From an uncultured Eubacteriales bacterium (GTDB lineage: Bacteria > Bacillota > Clostridia > Lachnospirales > Lachnospiraceae): 64,000 nucleotides of DNA. Both the position numbers and the translations under genes were made by a program. The notes under the pieces were generated by a model. The model saw only the letters and a program-made list of their open reading frames with translations. It was not told where the DNA came from and did no database searches. The stretch is taken from positions 10,248 to 74,247 of the forward strand of contig OMZX01000003.1 in assembly GCA_900315665.1 (NCBI GenBank), written 5' to 3'. Shown one piece after another: positions 1 through 9,991 of this stretch (position 1 is its first letter; each line of letters opens with the position of its first letter).

Positions 1-477
1 TCTGAGATTTATCGTAACTCACTTTATCTTGATATGATGACCGGGCTTCTCAATCAGCGTGGACTTGAGGAGGAAAGTAAGCTTTTTGAGACAAGGCTTT
101 CCGGAAGGGATATGACGTTCGGCGTCATCGCAGTGCAGATTAAGAATCTTAAGTCCTTTACGGATTCCTATGGCGCGAAGGCGTTCTCTGATTATCTGAA
201 GAAGGTCGGTGATGTGATTTCGGAGGTCGTAAAGCCAGATGGCATCGTCGGGCATGTTTCGCTGGGGCGCTTTGGAATCATCGTACCGGTGTCAGATGAG
301 AAGGTGCTTCGGAAGATTGTAACAAAGCTTAAGGAAGAGCTTCGCAGTCTTCAGTCGCTGGACGATGGGACGCCGTGCACAGTATACGCGATGGTCGGTT
401 CGGCGCTTCATCGGGCTGATCGGCTTCTCGAGGAGACAATCGCCGAAGCGGACAGTAGGCTTCGCGATGTAGAATAA
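1..477 (+). CDS. GGDEF-like (diguanylate cyclase fold) domain protein, C-terminal part; 5' end lies outside the window; active-site motif degenerate
   Basis: Frame is open from base 1 (SEIYRNSLYLDMMTGLLNQRG, matching the D-x-LTGL-x-N-R-R start of GGDEF domains). LKSFTDSYG matches FK-x-x-ND-x-YG. HVSLGRFGII sits where R-x-GGDEF-x-I is expected. Confidence 0.7.
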   Translation, partial: SEIYRNSLYLDMMTGLLNQRGLEEESKLFETRLSGRDMTFGVIAVQIKNLKSFTDSYGAKAFSDYLKKVGDVISEVVKPDGIVGHVSLGRFGIIVPVSDEKVLRKIVTKLKEELRSLQSLDDGTPCTVYAMVGSALHRADRLLEETIAEADSRLRDVE

Positions 478-485
478 TAACGGAC

Positions 486-747
486 GCGCGAGACGCGGGA
501 GTCTGTGTGAGCCAATGGGCCCCTCAGACGCCAGGGACGAAAGTCTTAGCGCTATCCAGCCATTTCGAGCTGGACCGGCCCAATTCAGGAAAAATCCTTG
601 AAGGGATTTTTCCTTCAATGGGCCTAAAAAATCGGGCCTTGTGGGCGCCGATTTTTTACCCTGCTCGAAATGGCTGGCTAGCTGAGACTTTCGTCAGAAT
701 GGTGTCTGAAGGGCCCATTGGCTCGCACAGACTCTCACGTCTCGCGC
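486..747. repeat. 262-bp nested inverted repeat (85-bp arms 486-570 and 663-747 enclosing hairpins 577-624 and 625-658); MITE/REP-like element or structured RNA
   Basis: The reverse complement of 663-747 aligns to 486-570 with about 9 substitutions and two 2-nt gaps. Inner stems are aggaaaaatcc/ggatttttcct and taaaaaatcgg/ccgatttttta. Confidence 0.9.
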
Positions 748-835
748 TGGTTTTCTACTTCGCTTAACTGTTTTTGCTTTTACTTGCTGAATGGGCGGTT
801 TTCTTGTATGCTAGTCGCTTGGAAAGGAAAGAAAT

Positions 836-2493
836 ATGAGATTACCTAAATTTCGTTTTACGATAAAGGGAATACAGCAGGAAAGAAAGACAGTTATAAT
901 TGCGTCTGTATTGGTTTTAGCGTTGGTTGCTGTTCTGAGCGTAGGGCTTTTTCTTGTGTTCCGGAAGCCTGTGTATGAGGAGGAATTGAATCGTGAAGCT
1001 GGTTCGGATGCTCGCGTGGTTTCGCAGGAAGCGTCGGTTGCGGTAGGCGATGCACTGAATGTAGCGGCGGAGCCTGTGGTGACAAATATTACTACGGAGG
1101 AAGAGGAGGAACGGCAGGCGGCGATTGCTACCGTGGAGAGCGAGTATCAGCGGCTGGGGATCGTGCAGTGCTCGAGCTATATTAATTTCCGGACGAAGCC
1201 GGATCAGAATGATCTTACGAATATTCAGGGGATGCTTGCGAATGGAGCGGCTGTGGATATTCTTGATGACGCGCCGGAGGGGACTGATGGGTGGCTGAAG
1301 GTTCGGTCTGGCGGGATGACGGGTTATGTTTCAAAGCAGTTTATCGTGACGCGCTTGTGAAGAAGCGGGCGACGGTTGTGACGGAGAAGCTCCGGATGCG
1401 GTCGACGCCGGAAATTGTGGAGGGTAATACGGTCGGGTCAGCGGCGAAGGGCGAAAAGTATGAGGTGCTCGGCTTCGAGGGTGAAGATTGGATTCGGATC
1501 GAGCCGGACAACATTGATAACATCTCGGAATGCTATATGTCCGCGAAGCCAGAGAATGTAAGCATTGGCTACGGACTCGATGAGGCGCGCACACTGGATC
1601 TTCGGCAGAAGGTTCTCAATATGTATGACCATCTCGGCGTTTCGCTGGCTTCAGATTATATCAATGTGCGGTCGGATCCGAAGGAGGATGGCATCAAAAA
1701 TATTGTCGGGAAGCTGCCGGGCTACGCTGGTGCGAATATCGTCGGAGAGAAGGATGGCTGGTATCAGATTGAGTCGGGCGGTGTAAAGGGCTATGTTCGG
1801 GCGGACTTGCTGGCGACCGGAAAGGAAGCGGAAGCGCTTGCGACGAGTCATGCCCATGTTATGGCAATTGTCAACACGGACGCGCTGAATGTCCGGTCGG
1901 AGCCGACGACGGATTCGAAGGCGTGGACGAAGATCACAACGGGGCAGCGATATGATGTTCTAAATCAGATGGATGGCTGGGTGCAGATCGATCTCGACAG
2001 CGGCGATGATGAGGACATCGATCAGGGCGCCTATGTTTCGACCCGTGATAACAATGTTTCCGTTCTGTATGCACTCTCGGAGGCGATTGATTATCATCCG
2101 GCGACGGATGCAGCGAATGCTGCCGCGAAGCTACGGAGCGATATCGTAAACTATGCCTGCCAGTTTGTCGGCAATCCGTATGTCTGGGGCGGTACGTCGC
2201 TCACGCATGGTGCGGACTGCTCGGGCTTTACGCAATCGGTGCTCCGGCACTTCGGCATTTCTGTGCCGCGGGTTTCCCGTGCGCAGGCGAATACGGGCGT
2301 GAAGGTGACGAGTAAAAATATGCGGCCGGGTGATCTCATTTTCTACGCGAACAAATCAGGCACCATCAATCACGTCGGCATGTATATCGGTAATGGTCAG
2401 GTGGTCAATGCGGCCTCCCGGCGGTCCGGCATCCGGATTTACCGCTGGAACTACCGGACACCTGTCGCGATCCGTAATGTCATCGGAAACTAA
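836..2493 (+). pseudogene. Membrane-anchored multi-SH3b NlpC/P60 peptidoglycan endopeptidase split by a frameshift near 1351 (ORFs 836-1360 and about 1351-2493)
   Basis: ORF1 has an N-terminal TM segment plus an SH3b domain ending GYVSKQFIVT. The other frame continues ALVKKRATVVTEKLRMRS with three more SH3b repeats and an NlpC/P60 domain (YVWGG, GADCSGF, HVGMYIG). Confidence 0.8.
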
Positions 2494-2695
2494 TGATCCT
2501 GACTATAACTTTATCATCATAATCGACATATGAAATTTTGAGCATTTTTGCCGGATTGACTATTGCAATTTTATATTGCTTATTAAGTTCCCGGTATGCT
2601 ATTCTGTGAGTGTTCTTTTTTAATCAGAACTTTTAAAAACGTGCATGAACAAACACCGATGTGTGCATTGGGCTATACTTGACAGGAGGCCAAAA

Positions 2696-2740
2696 ATGTA
2701 CAAGTGCCATATTCACCGGGCTTTGCATGAACGTGGATAA
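2696..2740 (+). CDS. Candidate 14-aa upstream ORF MYKCHIHRALHERG
   Basis: GGAGG at 2685-2689, ATG at 2696, TAA at 2738-2740 directly ahead of the degV RBS. Confidence 0.3.
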   Translation: MYKCHIHRALHERG

Positions 2741-2752
2741 CAGGAGGAAGCA

Positions 2753-3637
2753 ATGGGCGAATATGTCATCAGCTGCTGCAGCTCCATCGATATGGATGAA
2801 GCCTGGGCAAAGGAACGGCAGGTGAATGTTCTTTTTCATAATATTTTTGTAGGGCAGGATGAGTATCCGGATAATTTCGGGCGTTCGATTTCTACGCATG
2901 AAATTTATACAAGGATGCTTGCTGGTGAGTTGACGAAGACGTCGCAGGTCAATATCGAGGATTATGAGACATCCTTCCGGAAGATTCTTTCCGAGGGAAA
3001 GGATGTGCTTCATGTGACACTTTCGAGCGGGATTTCGGGAACCTATAATTCGGCGAAGCTTGCGACATCTGATCTTCAGGAGGAGTTTCCGGATCGGAAG
3101 ATTTATATCGTGGATTCTCTCTCAGCATCTTCCGGTTATGGCATGCTGGTGGATGATCTCTGTGATCTACGGGATGCAGGGAAGTCGATCGATGAGGTCA
3201 GGGAGTATGCAGAGAAAGAAAAGAAGCATATCCAGCATTGGTTTTTCGTGCCGAGTCTTAAGTTTCTGATCCTCGGCGGTCGTGTATCAAAGGCTGCCGG
3301 CATGATCGGTTCCGTACTGAACATTGTTCCCCTGATGGATGTCGCACCGGATGGTACGTTGAAGGTCATTGAGAAAATTCGGGGTAAGAAAAAGGTCATC
3401 GAGCGTGATGTCGAGATGATGGAGAAGTATGCTGAGCATGGTACTGATTATGATGGCAAATGCTTCATTACCGAGGCTGAGAATATGGAGGATGCGGAGA
3501 AGCTGCTAAATCTTATAGAGCAGCGTTTTCCAAAACTTCAGGGCAAGGTTCGGATCTGTCATCTCGGGCCGACGATCGCCTGTCATACCGGGCCGGGCGT
3601 CATCGTCCTTTTATATCATGGCAAGGATAGAGTTTGA
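2753..3637 (+). CDS. DegV family fatty-acid-binding protein
   Basis: 294 aa with DegV motifs: STSQ-like KTSQVN, LSSGISGTYNSA, IVDSLSAS, LILGGRVS, HTGPG. GGAGG RBS. Confidence 0.93.
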   Translation: MGEYVISCCSSIDMDEAWAKERQVNVLFHNIFVGQDEYPDNFGRSISTHEIYTRMLAGELTKTSQVNIEDYETSFRKILSEGKDVLHVTLSSGISGTYNSAKLATSDLQEEFPDRKIYIVDSLSASSGYGMLVDDLCDLRDAGKSIDEVREYAEKEKKHIQHWFFVPSLKFLILGGRVSKAAGMIGSVLNIVPLMDVAPDGTLKVIEKIRGKKKVIERDVEMMEKYAEHGTDYDGKCFITEAENMEDAEKLLNLIEQRFPKLQGKVRICHLGPTIACHTGPGVIVLLYHGKDRV

Positions 3638-3649
3638 TTAATACCGGAT

Positions 3650-3690
3650 GGGGCAGTCGCGTTTTTGCGCGATTGCCCCTGTTTTTGTTT
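3650..3690 (+). terminator. Intrinsic terminator after degV
   Basis: ggggcagtcgcg / cgcgattgcccc stem followed by tgtttttgttt. Confidence 0.8.
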
Positions 3691-3784
3691 CTTCAGCGTC
3701 ATTTAAGCTTTAGAGAATACAATACAGCCATAACAGTAGTAAGTCCGATGTGCGGAGCGCAATTTGCTCCGGAAGGAGGCTTTT

Positions 3785-4951
3785 ATGGCTGAATATAATA
3801 ATGCTCAATATTTTAATCATGACAAATATAACAGCGATCTGAAAATCGCGGTCATCCCCGCGTATGAGCCGGAGGATGTACTTATTGATGTAGCGCAGGA
3901 GGCGGAAGCGGCGGGTTTTATGGTGATCGTCGTGGATGATGGTTCGTCCCATGGGCAGGCGGTGGAGAGCGGTGAAAAGACAGCTGCACAGTTTGAAGGT
4001 ATTTTCATGTCAGCTGGGAATTTCGCAACAGTGTTGTCATATCCGGAGAATCATGGCAAGGGCTACGCGATGAAGACAGCATTCCGGCATATCAAGGACA
4101 ATTACCATGGCAATTTCACAGTGGTGGTGATTGATGCAGACGGGCAGCATACGATCGAAGATGCGGAAAAAGTCTCCGCATATGCGGAACGCCACAGGAG
4201 TACGCTGGTACTCGGAAGCCGCCGGCAGAGTGGGAAATCTCCGCTTCGGAGCCGCATGGGCAATGCTATCACCAGGAACGTGTTCCGACTGACATCAGGC
4301 TTAAAGGTTTACGATACACAGACTGGTCTTCGGGCGTTTTCCGATGAACTTCTTGACCGTATGCTTGAGATTCCGGGTGATCGCTATGAATATGAGATGA
4401 ATATGCTGATGGCTTTCGCGAAGGAGAAGCGACCTATTATGGAGGTGCCGATCGAGACGATCTATATAGACGGTAACAAGAGCTCGCATTTTAACACGCT
4501 GCTTGATTCTTATCGGATTTATCGTGACATTTTCCGATTCAGCGCTTCGAGCTTTCTCAGTTTTCTCATTGACTATGGAATTTTCAGCTGTATCATCGGC
4601 CTTTTCGGCGGCGCTGCTTCCACCACGCTTTTTGCCAATGTTTTCGCCCGGTTCGTGAGCGCAACTGCGAATTATAACTTAAACCGGAGCTTTGTGTTCA
4701 TGGATGAAGATGATCACAAGCATTCCGCATTACGGTATGCAGCGCTGGCGGCTTCCATCCTTTGTATCAATTCTTTAATTCTCTATGTACTGTCGAATAT
4801 GATCGGCATCACGCCGCTTCTAGCGAAGCTCGGCACAGAGCTCGTGATGTTTTTCTTCAGCTTCTTCATGCAGAAGCATTTCGTATTTAAGAAGCAGCCG
4901 GTGGCTGAGAAGAAAACACAACCGCCCTTTCAGAACGCAGCCGCAGCGTGA
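3785..4951 (+). CDS. Bifunctional glycosyltransferase family 2 / GtrA-like flippase fusion
   Basis: IPAYEP, VVDDGS, NHGKG, IDADGQH and DTQTGLR motifs of DPM1-like GT2, followed by four hydrophobic GtrA-like helices. GGAGG precedes ATG 3785. Confidence 0.9.
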   Translation: MAEYNNAQYFNHDKYNSDLKIAVIPAYEPEDVLIDVAQEAEAAGFMVIVVDDGSSHGQAVESGEKTAAQFEGIFMSAGNFATVLSYPENHGKGYAMKTAFRHIKDNYHGNFTVVVIDADGQHTIEDAEKVSAYAERHRSTLVLGSRRQSGKSPLRSRMGNAITRNVFRLTSGLKVYDTQTGLRAFSDELLDRMLEIPGDRYEYEMNMLMAFAKEKRPIMEVPIETIYIDGNKSSHFNTLLDSYRIYRDIFRFSASSFLSFLIDYGIFSCIIGLFGGAASTTLFANVFARFVSATANYNLNRSFVFMDEDDHKHSALRYAALAASILCINSLILYVLSNMIGITPLLAKLGTELVMFFFSFFMQKHFVFKKQPVAEKKTQPPFQNAAAA

Positions 4952-5024
4952 ACAGATGTCGACCTTGAACGATGATAAAATGCTACCGCAGTTTGAAAAA
5001 GAATCGGCATCAGGAGATCAAGCA

Positions 5025-5258
5025 ATGAAATGGAATTTTCTTAGAAGTAAAAAATTCGGAGTAGTGTATGGGCTTTCGCTTTTTGCATTTACATCCTATG
5101 GCCTGCTGGATACCTTTTTTATCCCAATGTTTCTGGGCCTTTTGCCGTGGCTCCACTGCGCAGCATCGAAAAAGCAGGGCGAGGCGTTTCACATCCCGGA
5201 CGCTGCGGCCACAAATTATAGAAGTGCTTCGCGGAAGGCTTCTGCCATGAAGCGGTAG
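5025..5258 (+). pseudogene. Probable 5' remnant of an exported protein gene (resembles the N-terminus of phosphodiester-glycosidase family proteins)
   Basis: GGAG RBS, then MKWNFLRSKKFGVVYGLSLFAFTSYGLLDTFFIP (signal anchor). The frame then loses plausibility and runs into the 3' end of the convergent gene. Family resemblance is from recall. Confidence 0.45.
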
Positions 5259-6541
5259 TGATGGGTGGGGCGTCCCTGGTGACCGCCCCGCTCTTTTTCT
5301 TCCGTCTGGTCCTGCGGGATGAGTGAAAGAATCTTAAGCTCCGAGAGCTTCGAGAGGATTCGGCTTGCAGAGCGCGCTGTGATGCCGAGTGTCTTTGAGA
5401 GCTCGTGGGAAGTGAGAATCCGGTCCGGATCATCCCGGAAGAGGCTGATGAGCTTTAGGACATTCGTTTCGTTGATGCCCTGGGCACGTGCGAATTCGAT
5501 CGCCTTGTCATTGGTATAGTCATACATGAGCGTCATATCCTGTGAGAGCGGTCCGGTGACTGTACCTTCCTCTCCGACGAAAAAGGCATCATTACGCCCG
5601 TAGCGGTTCGCCTCGAGTAGTGCACGCTCAGAGAAAAATCTTGCCCGCTCCTTCGAGGAGCTTAAGCCGATACCGATCCGGAAAGGGAAGCCCAGTGACT
5701 TCTGAAATTCCTGGAGCATCGGACGAAGCTTCTCCATATGGAAGGTGCCGCTTTCCAGCTGCATCTGTACCTCAAACTGATTGAAGCCCTGGCGGATAGA
5801 AAAGTGGGTGTGTGCATTTTTACGATAATCGGCAAGAAGCTTATAAACGGTTGCTTCGCGATACTCCTGCTCTTCGGTCTCGACATCTTCTGTGAAGGGC
5901 AGGCGGACAAGCACATTGATTTCGTCCTTTAGGTTTATCTGGTCGAGCTTCAGTGCATTCAGCGATGCACGAATCGATTTCACGATCATGTCCTCTGAAG
6001 GAAAAACAGCTTCATACGGGATGGAAAGTGCATCCAGCTGCTTCAGATTGTTGATGGAACGGGAGAGAATGCAGTCAATCTTGCCATTATCCCACAGCTT
6101 CTTTGCATACTGCGTAATGTGCCGGTAATCATAGTGGGCGTCCTCATAGAAAACAGGACACTCCTCCTTCGGCAGATATTGCGGGAGGTCCATATAGTGA
6201 TTCGTAACGGTCAGAAAATCACAGAAAACGCGTGAAAGTTCCTGCTCCGGATGATGAATCTTAAAGTTCAAAAGAATGGAAAGTACATCGATCGGTTCAT
6301 ACGCTGTAAAAGCGCAGGGAATCCGGTTGTCGGGAAATTTATTTTTGATATAATGATACCCGAGTTCGCCGGAGAAGAAGATGACATCGCATTTTCCTTT
6401 GCAATCCTGGTAGATTCCGTCAATATCGGACATCGTCTTATAGATATACTTTATGAAATGACAGCCGAAATCATACTCTGTGATCACCTTATCCACAGGT
6501 TCAAGCGAATGATCCGGACTAACGATGGCTACATTAATCAT
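5216..6541 (-). CDS. Putative transcriptional regulator (N-terminal sensor domain, central nucleotide-cyclase-like fold, C-terminal HTH)
   Basis: 441-aa ORF. C-terminal LTSHELSKTLGITARSASRILSKL is an HTH followed by a GRP wing motif. GGGG RBS-like run upstream. Confidence 0.65.
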   Translation of the reverse strand: MINVAIVSPDHSLEPVDKVITEYDFGCHFIKYIYKTMSDIDGIYQDCKGKCDVIFFSGELGYHYIKNKFPDNRIPCAFTAYEPIDVLSILLNFKIHHPEQELSRVFCDFLTVTNHYMDLPQYLPKEECPVFYEDAHYDYRHITQYAKKLWDNGKIDCILSRSINNLKQLDALSIPYEAVFPSEDMIVKSIRASLNALKLDQINLKDEINVLVRLPFTEDVETEEQEYREATVYKLLADYRKNAHTHFSIRQGFNQFEVQMQLESGTFHMEKLRPMLQEFQKSLGFPFRIGIGLSSSKERARFFSERALLEANRYGRNDAFFVGEEGTVTGPLSQDMTLMYDYTNDKAIEFARAQGINETNVLKLISLFRDDPDRILTSHELSKTLGITARSASRILSKLSELKILSLIPQDQTEEKERGGHQGRPTHHYRFMAEAFREALL

Positions 6542-6640
6542 AAATGCCCCCTAATATCAGCCATAAATTTAGGATATGAGTGCATACGTCTTTTATTACC
6601 CTGGAGATTATCACTTTTAATGGGATAAGTCAATGAAATG

Positions 6641-6649
6641 TGATATAAT
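6641..6649 (+). promoter_or_regulatory. Extended -10 promoter element (TGaTATAAT) for ftsK
   Basis: Consensus TGnTATAAT about 40 nt upstream of the start codon; the -35 region is weak. Confidence 0.55.
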
Positions 6650-6689
6650 CGATGAATTGAATTTTGATTTGATGATAGAGTGAGGAAAT

Positions 6690-9600
6690 ATGGGCAGACC
6701 GAAGGGGAGTAAAAATAAACCAAAGACGGAAGGGAGAAAAAGCAGTACGAGGCAGACTTTAGAAGAGCCGGTGGTGTCGGATGAAATCGTCGTCATCGTC
6801 ACCTTTGCTGTTTCTATTTTTCTGTTCTTGTCAAACCTGAATCTATGTGGCCCGGTGGGGGCATTTCTTAAGAGTGTACAGCTCGGGCTTTTTGGCGTAC
6901 TGGGATTTATTTTCCCGCTTGTGCTGGCGTTTGTTGTTGTTTTCGTTCTGGCGAATATTGATAATCCTTATGTGACGCGCCGGATGACGGCAGCGGTCTT
7001 TATGATGATCTTTCTTGCAGCAATCATTTCCCTCGCAGGGACTGTGAATCCGGCAGGGGAGAGCCTCGCGGATCTGTATCGGACCGGTGCGGAGGAAGGA
7101 AAGGGCGGCGGTCTCATCGGCGGTGCACTCGGGATGCTTCTTTACAGCTTCGCCGGGAAGGTCGGAGCGATCATCCTTCTAGTGGCACTGATTCTCATCT
7201 GTCTTGTGTATGTGACGGAGAAGCCGCTCACGAGAAAGCTTGCAGAGTGGGGCTTCCGCTTTGCCGGGAGAGCACGGACCAGCGCCAGGGATAATCTCGA
7301 ACATTTGCAAGAGAGTGCCCGGGAGCATCGGGAAAGACGTGCAGAAATCGAGGCGGAGGAGCGTGCAAAGTGGGAAGCGGGTGAAAAGGAGCGTGCAGCG
7401 AGAGCAGCTATGCATACACCTGTTTTAGATCATGCAGCTTCTGCAGGCGATGCTTCTGTGGTCGATCTATCGGGAGAACTTCGCAATCAATCGACGGAGA
7501 TCAATAAGACTATCCCGCCAGAAGCATCGCCATCATTTAGTTTCTTGTCAGGTGCTGTACAAAGTGCAAAGAACGGCATGGTGAAGGATGACCGGGAGAT
7601 TGAGTTGCCACTCAATGTGCGGCACGAAAGGACGGATCGGAAGGAACCGGCAGCAGCAGGTCCTGTGATTGGGGCACAGACACTTCCGACGGATGTGGCA
7701 GCTTCAACATCGGATGTGGCAGACACACTTGCTCCGGATGAGAAACCGGCTGATGAAGGTGCAGGATATTCTGCATTGAACCGGGCTGTCTATAGCGGGA
7801 TGAAGGAAGCGGAAATTTCTACCGGAGATGATGAAGTAACAACAGATGATTTTCCGATTCATGGTCTCGAGAAGCCGGCAAGCTATACTACAACCTCACG
7901 TGACACAGGAAGCACGATCATCCGCATTCGTAAGATTGACCCGGACGCAGCGGATACGACGATGAAGGAACAGAAGCTATCCGACGAGACCGCTGATGCC
8001 AGCAATCAATCTGAATTTACGAAGATACTTCATGATACAGCGGATAAGCCGGTCGTGACAGCAGTAGAGGATGAAGAGGAAGAAGAGAATTCCGGCATCA
8101 TACAGATTCGCGCGCTTACGTCGGAGGAGGTCAGTGGCGCAGCGGCTTCTTTTCAATTCAAAGATGATCCGGATGTTGATCTCACGGCAGGGACGAGACG
8201 AATCGTCACGGCAAATGGCATGGTGATTGATTCGGATGTCGAGCGCATCGATAAGAAGCCGGTCGCTGCAAGCACGTTTGCATCCACGAAGGTCGGCAAT
8301 GACCAGAATCTCGGCATGACCGAGGGCACGAATCAGACTGTCGCGATTGATTCAACGACAGGCGGTAGAGCAGGCGTGGCGGCAGGCGCCATAGGGCAAT
8401 CAGGTGCTGGCGCCTTGCCGGGCTATGATCCGCGCAGTGAAATCAAACGCGAGAACACGCCGACGGACCTTGATAATCAGAAGACACAGCAGGAGATACT
8501 TCATAATCAGAAGCCGAAGCGGCCGTATCAGATTCCGCCGCTGTCTCTCCTTAAGACCGGTGGTGTGCAGGACACAGATTCCGAGGCGGAGATTCGTGAA
8601 AACGCAAATATTCTCCAGGATACCCTGAAAAGCTTCGGTGTCGGCGTTCATGTGACCAATGTCTCCGTCGGGCCGGCCGTCACGCGATATGAGCTGCAGC
8701 CGGAAATCGGTGTCAAGGTATCAAAGATCGTATCCCTCACGAACGACATTAAGATGCGGCTTGCTGCCTCTGATATTCGTATTGAAGCCCCGATCCCGGG
8801 AAAGTCAGCGGTAGGCATCGAAGTACCGAACAAGCATGGCGCTACCGTCTACCTCGGTGACATCCTCCGCTCGAAGGAGTTCCGGGATTCGCGGGCGAAG
8901 ATCGCATTTGGCGTCGGCAAGGACATCGCCGGCAAGATCATCGTTTCCGATATTTCGAAGATGCCGCATCTTCTTATTGCGGGTGCGACAGGCTCCGGAA
9001 AATCGGTATCGATCAATACACTTATTATGTCGATCCTTTATAAGTACAAACCGGAGGAGGTTCGCATGATCATGGTGGATCCGAAGGTTGTGGAGCTTTC
9101 TGTTTACAATGGCATCCCGCATCTCCTGATTCCGGTTGTGACGGATCCGAAGAAGGCTGCCGCAGCGCTTAACTGGGCAGTTTCCGAGATGACTGACCGC
9201 TACAAGAAATTTGCCGAGACCGGCGCCCGTGATCTCAAGGGCTACAATGAAAAAATCGAGATCGTACGGAATCAGCCGGATATTCCGGAGGACAAGAAGC
9301 CGGAGAAGCTGCCGCAGATCGTCATTATCATTGATGAGCTTGCTGACCTTATGATGGTGGCGTCGCAGGAGGTCGAGGATGCGATCTGCCGGATTGCACA
9401 GCTTGCGAGAGCGGCAGGCATGCACCTCGTGATTGCGACCCAGCGGCCGACCGTCGATGTCATTACCGGTCTCATCAAGGCAAACGTACCATCGAGAATC
9501 GCCTTTGCGGTTTCGTCTGGTACAGATTCGCGGACGATCATTGATATGAATGGCGCCGAGAAGCTCCTCGGAAAGGGCGATATGCTCTTCTTCCCGCAGG

Positions 9601-9989
9601 GCATCCCGAAGCCGGTCCGTGTGCAGGGTGCATTTGTTTCCGATCAGGAGGTACAGGCCGTCGTCGATTTCATTAAGGACTCGGCGGATGCGGTCTACAG
9701 TACGGATATTGCATCAAAGGTCAATGACTCCACCGGCGGCGGTGCGGGCGGCAACAGCGGCAGCGATCGCGATGAGCTGTTCGAGGAAGCCGGGGAGCTG
9801 ATCATTACCTCACAGAAGGCATCGATCGGTATGCTCCAGCGGAAGTTCCGAATCGGCTTTAACCGGGCTGCACGGATCATGGATCAGCTGGCGGAATCCG
9901 GTGTCGTATCAGAAGAGGAAGGCACGAAGCCGCGTAAGATTCTCATGAATCAGGCTGAGTTTGCTGCTTTTCTTTCCGGTAATCAGTAA
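6690..9989 (+). CDS. ftsK: DNA translocase FtsK/SpoIIIE
   Basis: N-terminal TM domain, long linker, GPAVTRYE, Walker [34 protein letters not shown], and a C-terminal gamma domain ([18 protein letters not shown]). Confidence 0.97.
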   Translation: MGRPKGSKNKPKTEGRKSSTRQTLEEPVVSDEIVVIVTFAVSIFLFLSNLNLCGPVGAFLKSVQLGLFGVLGFIFPLVLAFVVVFVLANIDNPYVTRRMTAAVFMMIFLAAIISLAGTVNPAGESLADLYRTGAEEGKGGGLIGGALGMLLYSFAGKVGAIILLVALILICLVYVTEKPLTRKLAEWGFRFAGRARTSARDNLEHLQESAREHRERRAEIEAEERAKWEAGEKERAARAAMHTPVLDHAASAGDASVVDLSGELRNQSTEINKTIPPEASPSFSFLSGAVQSAKNGMVKDDREIELPLNVRHERTDRKEPAAAGPVIGAQTLPTDVAASTSDVADTLAPDEKPADEGAGYSALNRAVYSGMKEAEISTGDDEVTTDDFPIHGLEKPASYTTTSRDTGSTIIRIRKIDPDAADTTMKEQKLSDETADASNQSEFTKILHDTADKPVVTAVEDEEEEENSGIIQIRALTSEEVSGAAASFQFKDDPDVDLTAGTRRIVTANGMVIDSDVERIDKKPVAASTFASTKVGNDQNLGMTEGTNQTVAIDSTTGGRAGVAAGAIGQSGAGALPGYDPRSEIKRENTPTDLDNQKTQQEILHNQKPKRPYQIPPLSLLKTGGVQDTDSEAEIRENANILQDTLKSFGVGVHVTNVSVGPAVTRYELQPEIGVKVSKIVSLTNDIKMRLAASDIRIEAPIPGKSAVGIEVPNKHGATVYLGDILRSKEFRDSRAKIAFGVGKDIAGKIIVSDISKMPHLLIAGATGSGKSVSINTLIMSILYKYKPEEVRMIMVDPKVVELSVYNGIPHLLIPVVTDPKKAAAALNWAVSEMTDRYKKFAETGARDLKGYNEKIEIVRNQPDIPEDKKPEKLPQIVIIIDELADLMMVASQEVEDAICRIAQLARAAGMHLVIATQRPTVDVITGLIKANVPSRIAFAVSSGTDSRTIIDMNGAEKLLGKGDMLFFPQGIPKPVRVQGAFVSDQEVQAVVDFIKDSADAVYSTDIASKVNDSTGGGAGGNSGSDRDELFEEAGELIITSQKASIGMLQRKFRIGFNRAARIMDQLAESGVVSEEEGTKPRKILMNQAEFAAFLSGNQ

Positions 9990-9991
9990 GG

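Noticed and set aside
680-700. CUGACGA (hammerhead-like core) on the minus strand of the palindrome
   Set aside because: No stem II closed by GAAA follows it, and no cleavage-site helix can be built.
292-767. ORFs 292-618 (-) and 507-767 (+) sharing the peptide SEGPIGSHRL
   Set aside because: They are mirror products of the inverted repeat, with no RBS and no recognisable domain.
481-835. Possible c-di-AMP (ydaO) riboswitch ahead of the NlpC/P60 gene
   Set aside because: Conserved elements such as GCUGAAUC and CCCGxxAGCUAAC are absent.
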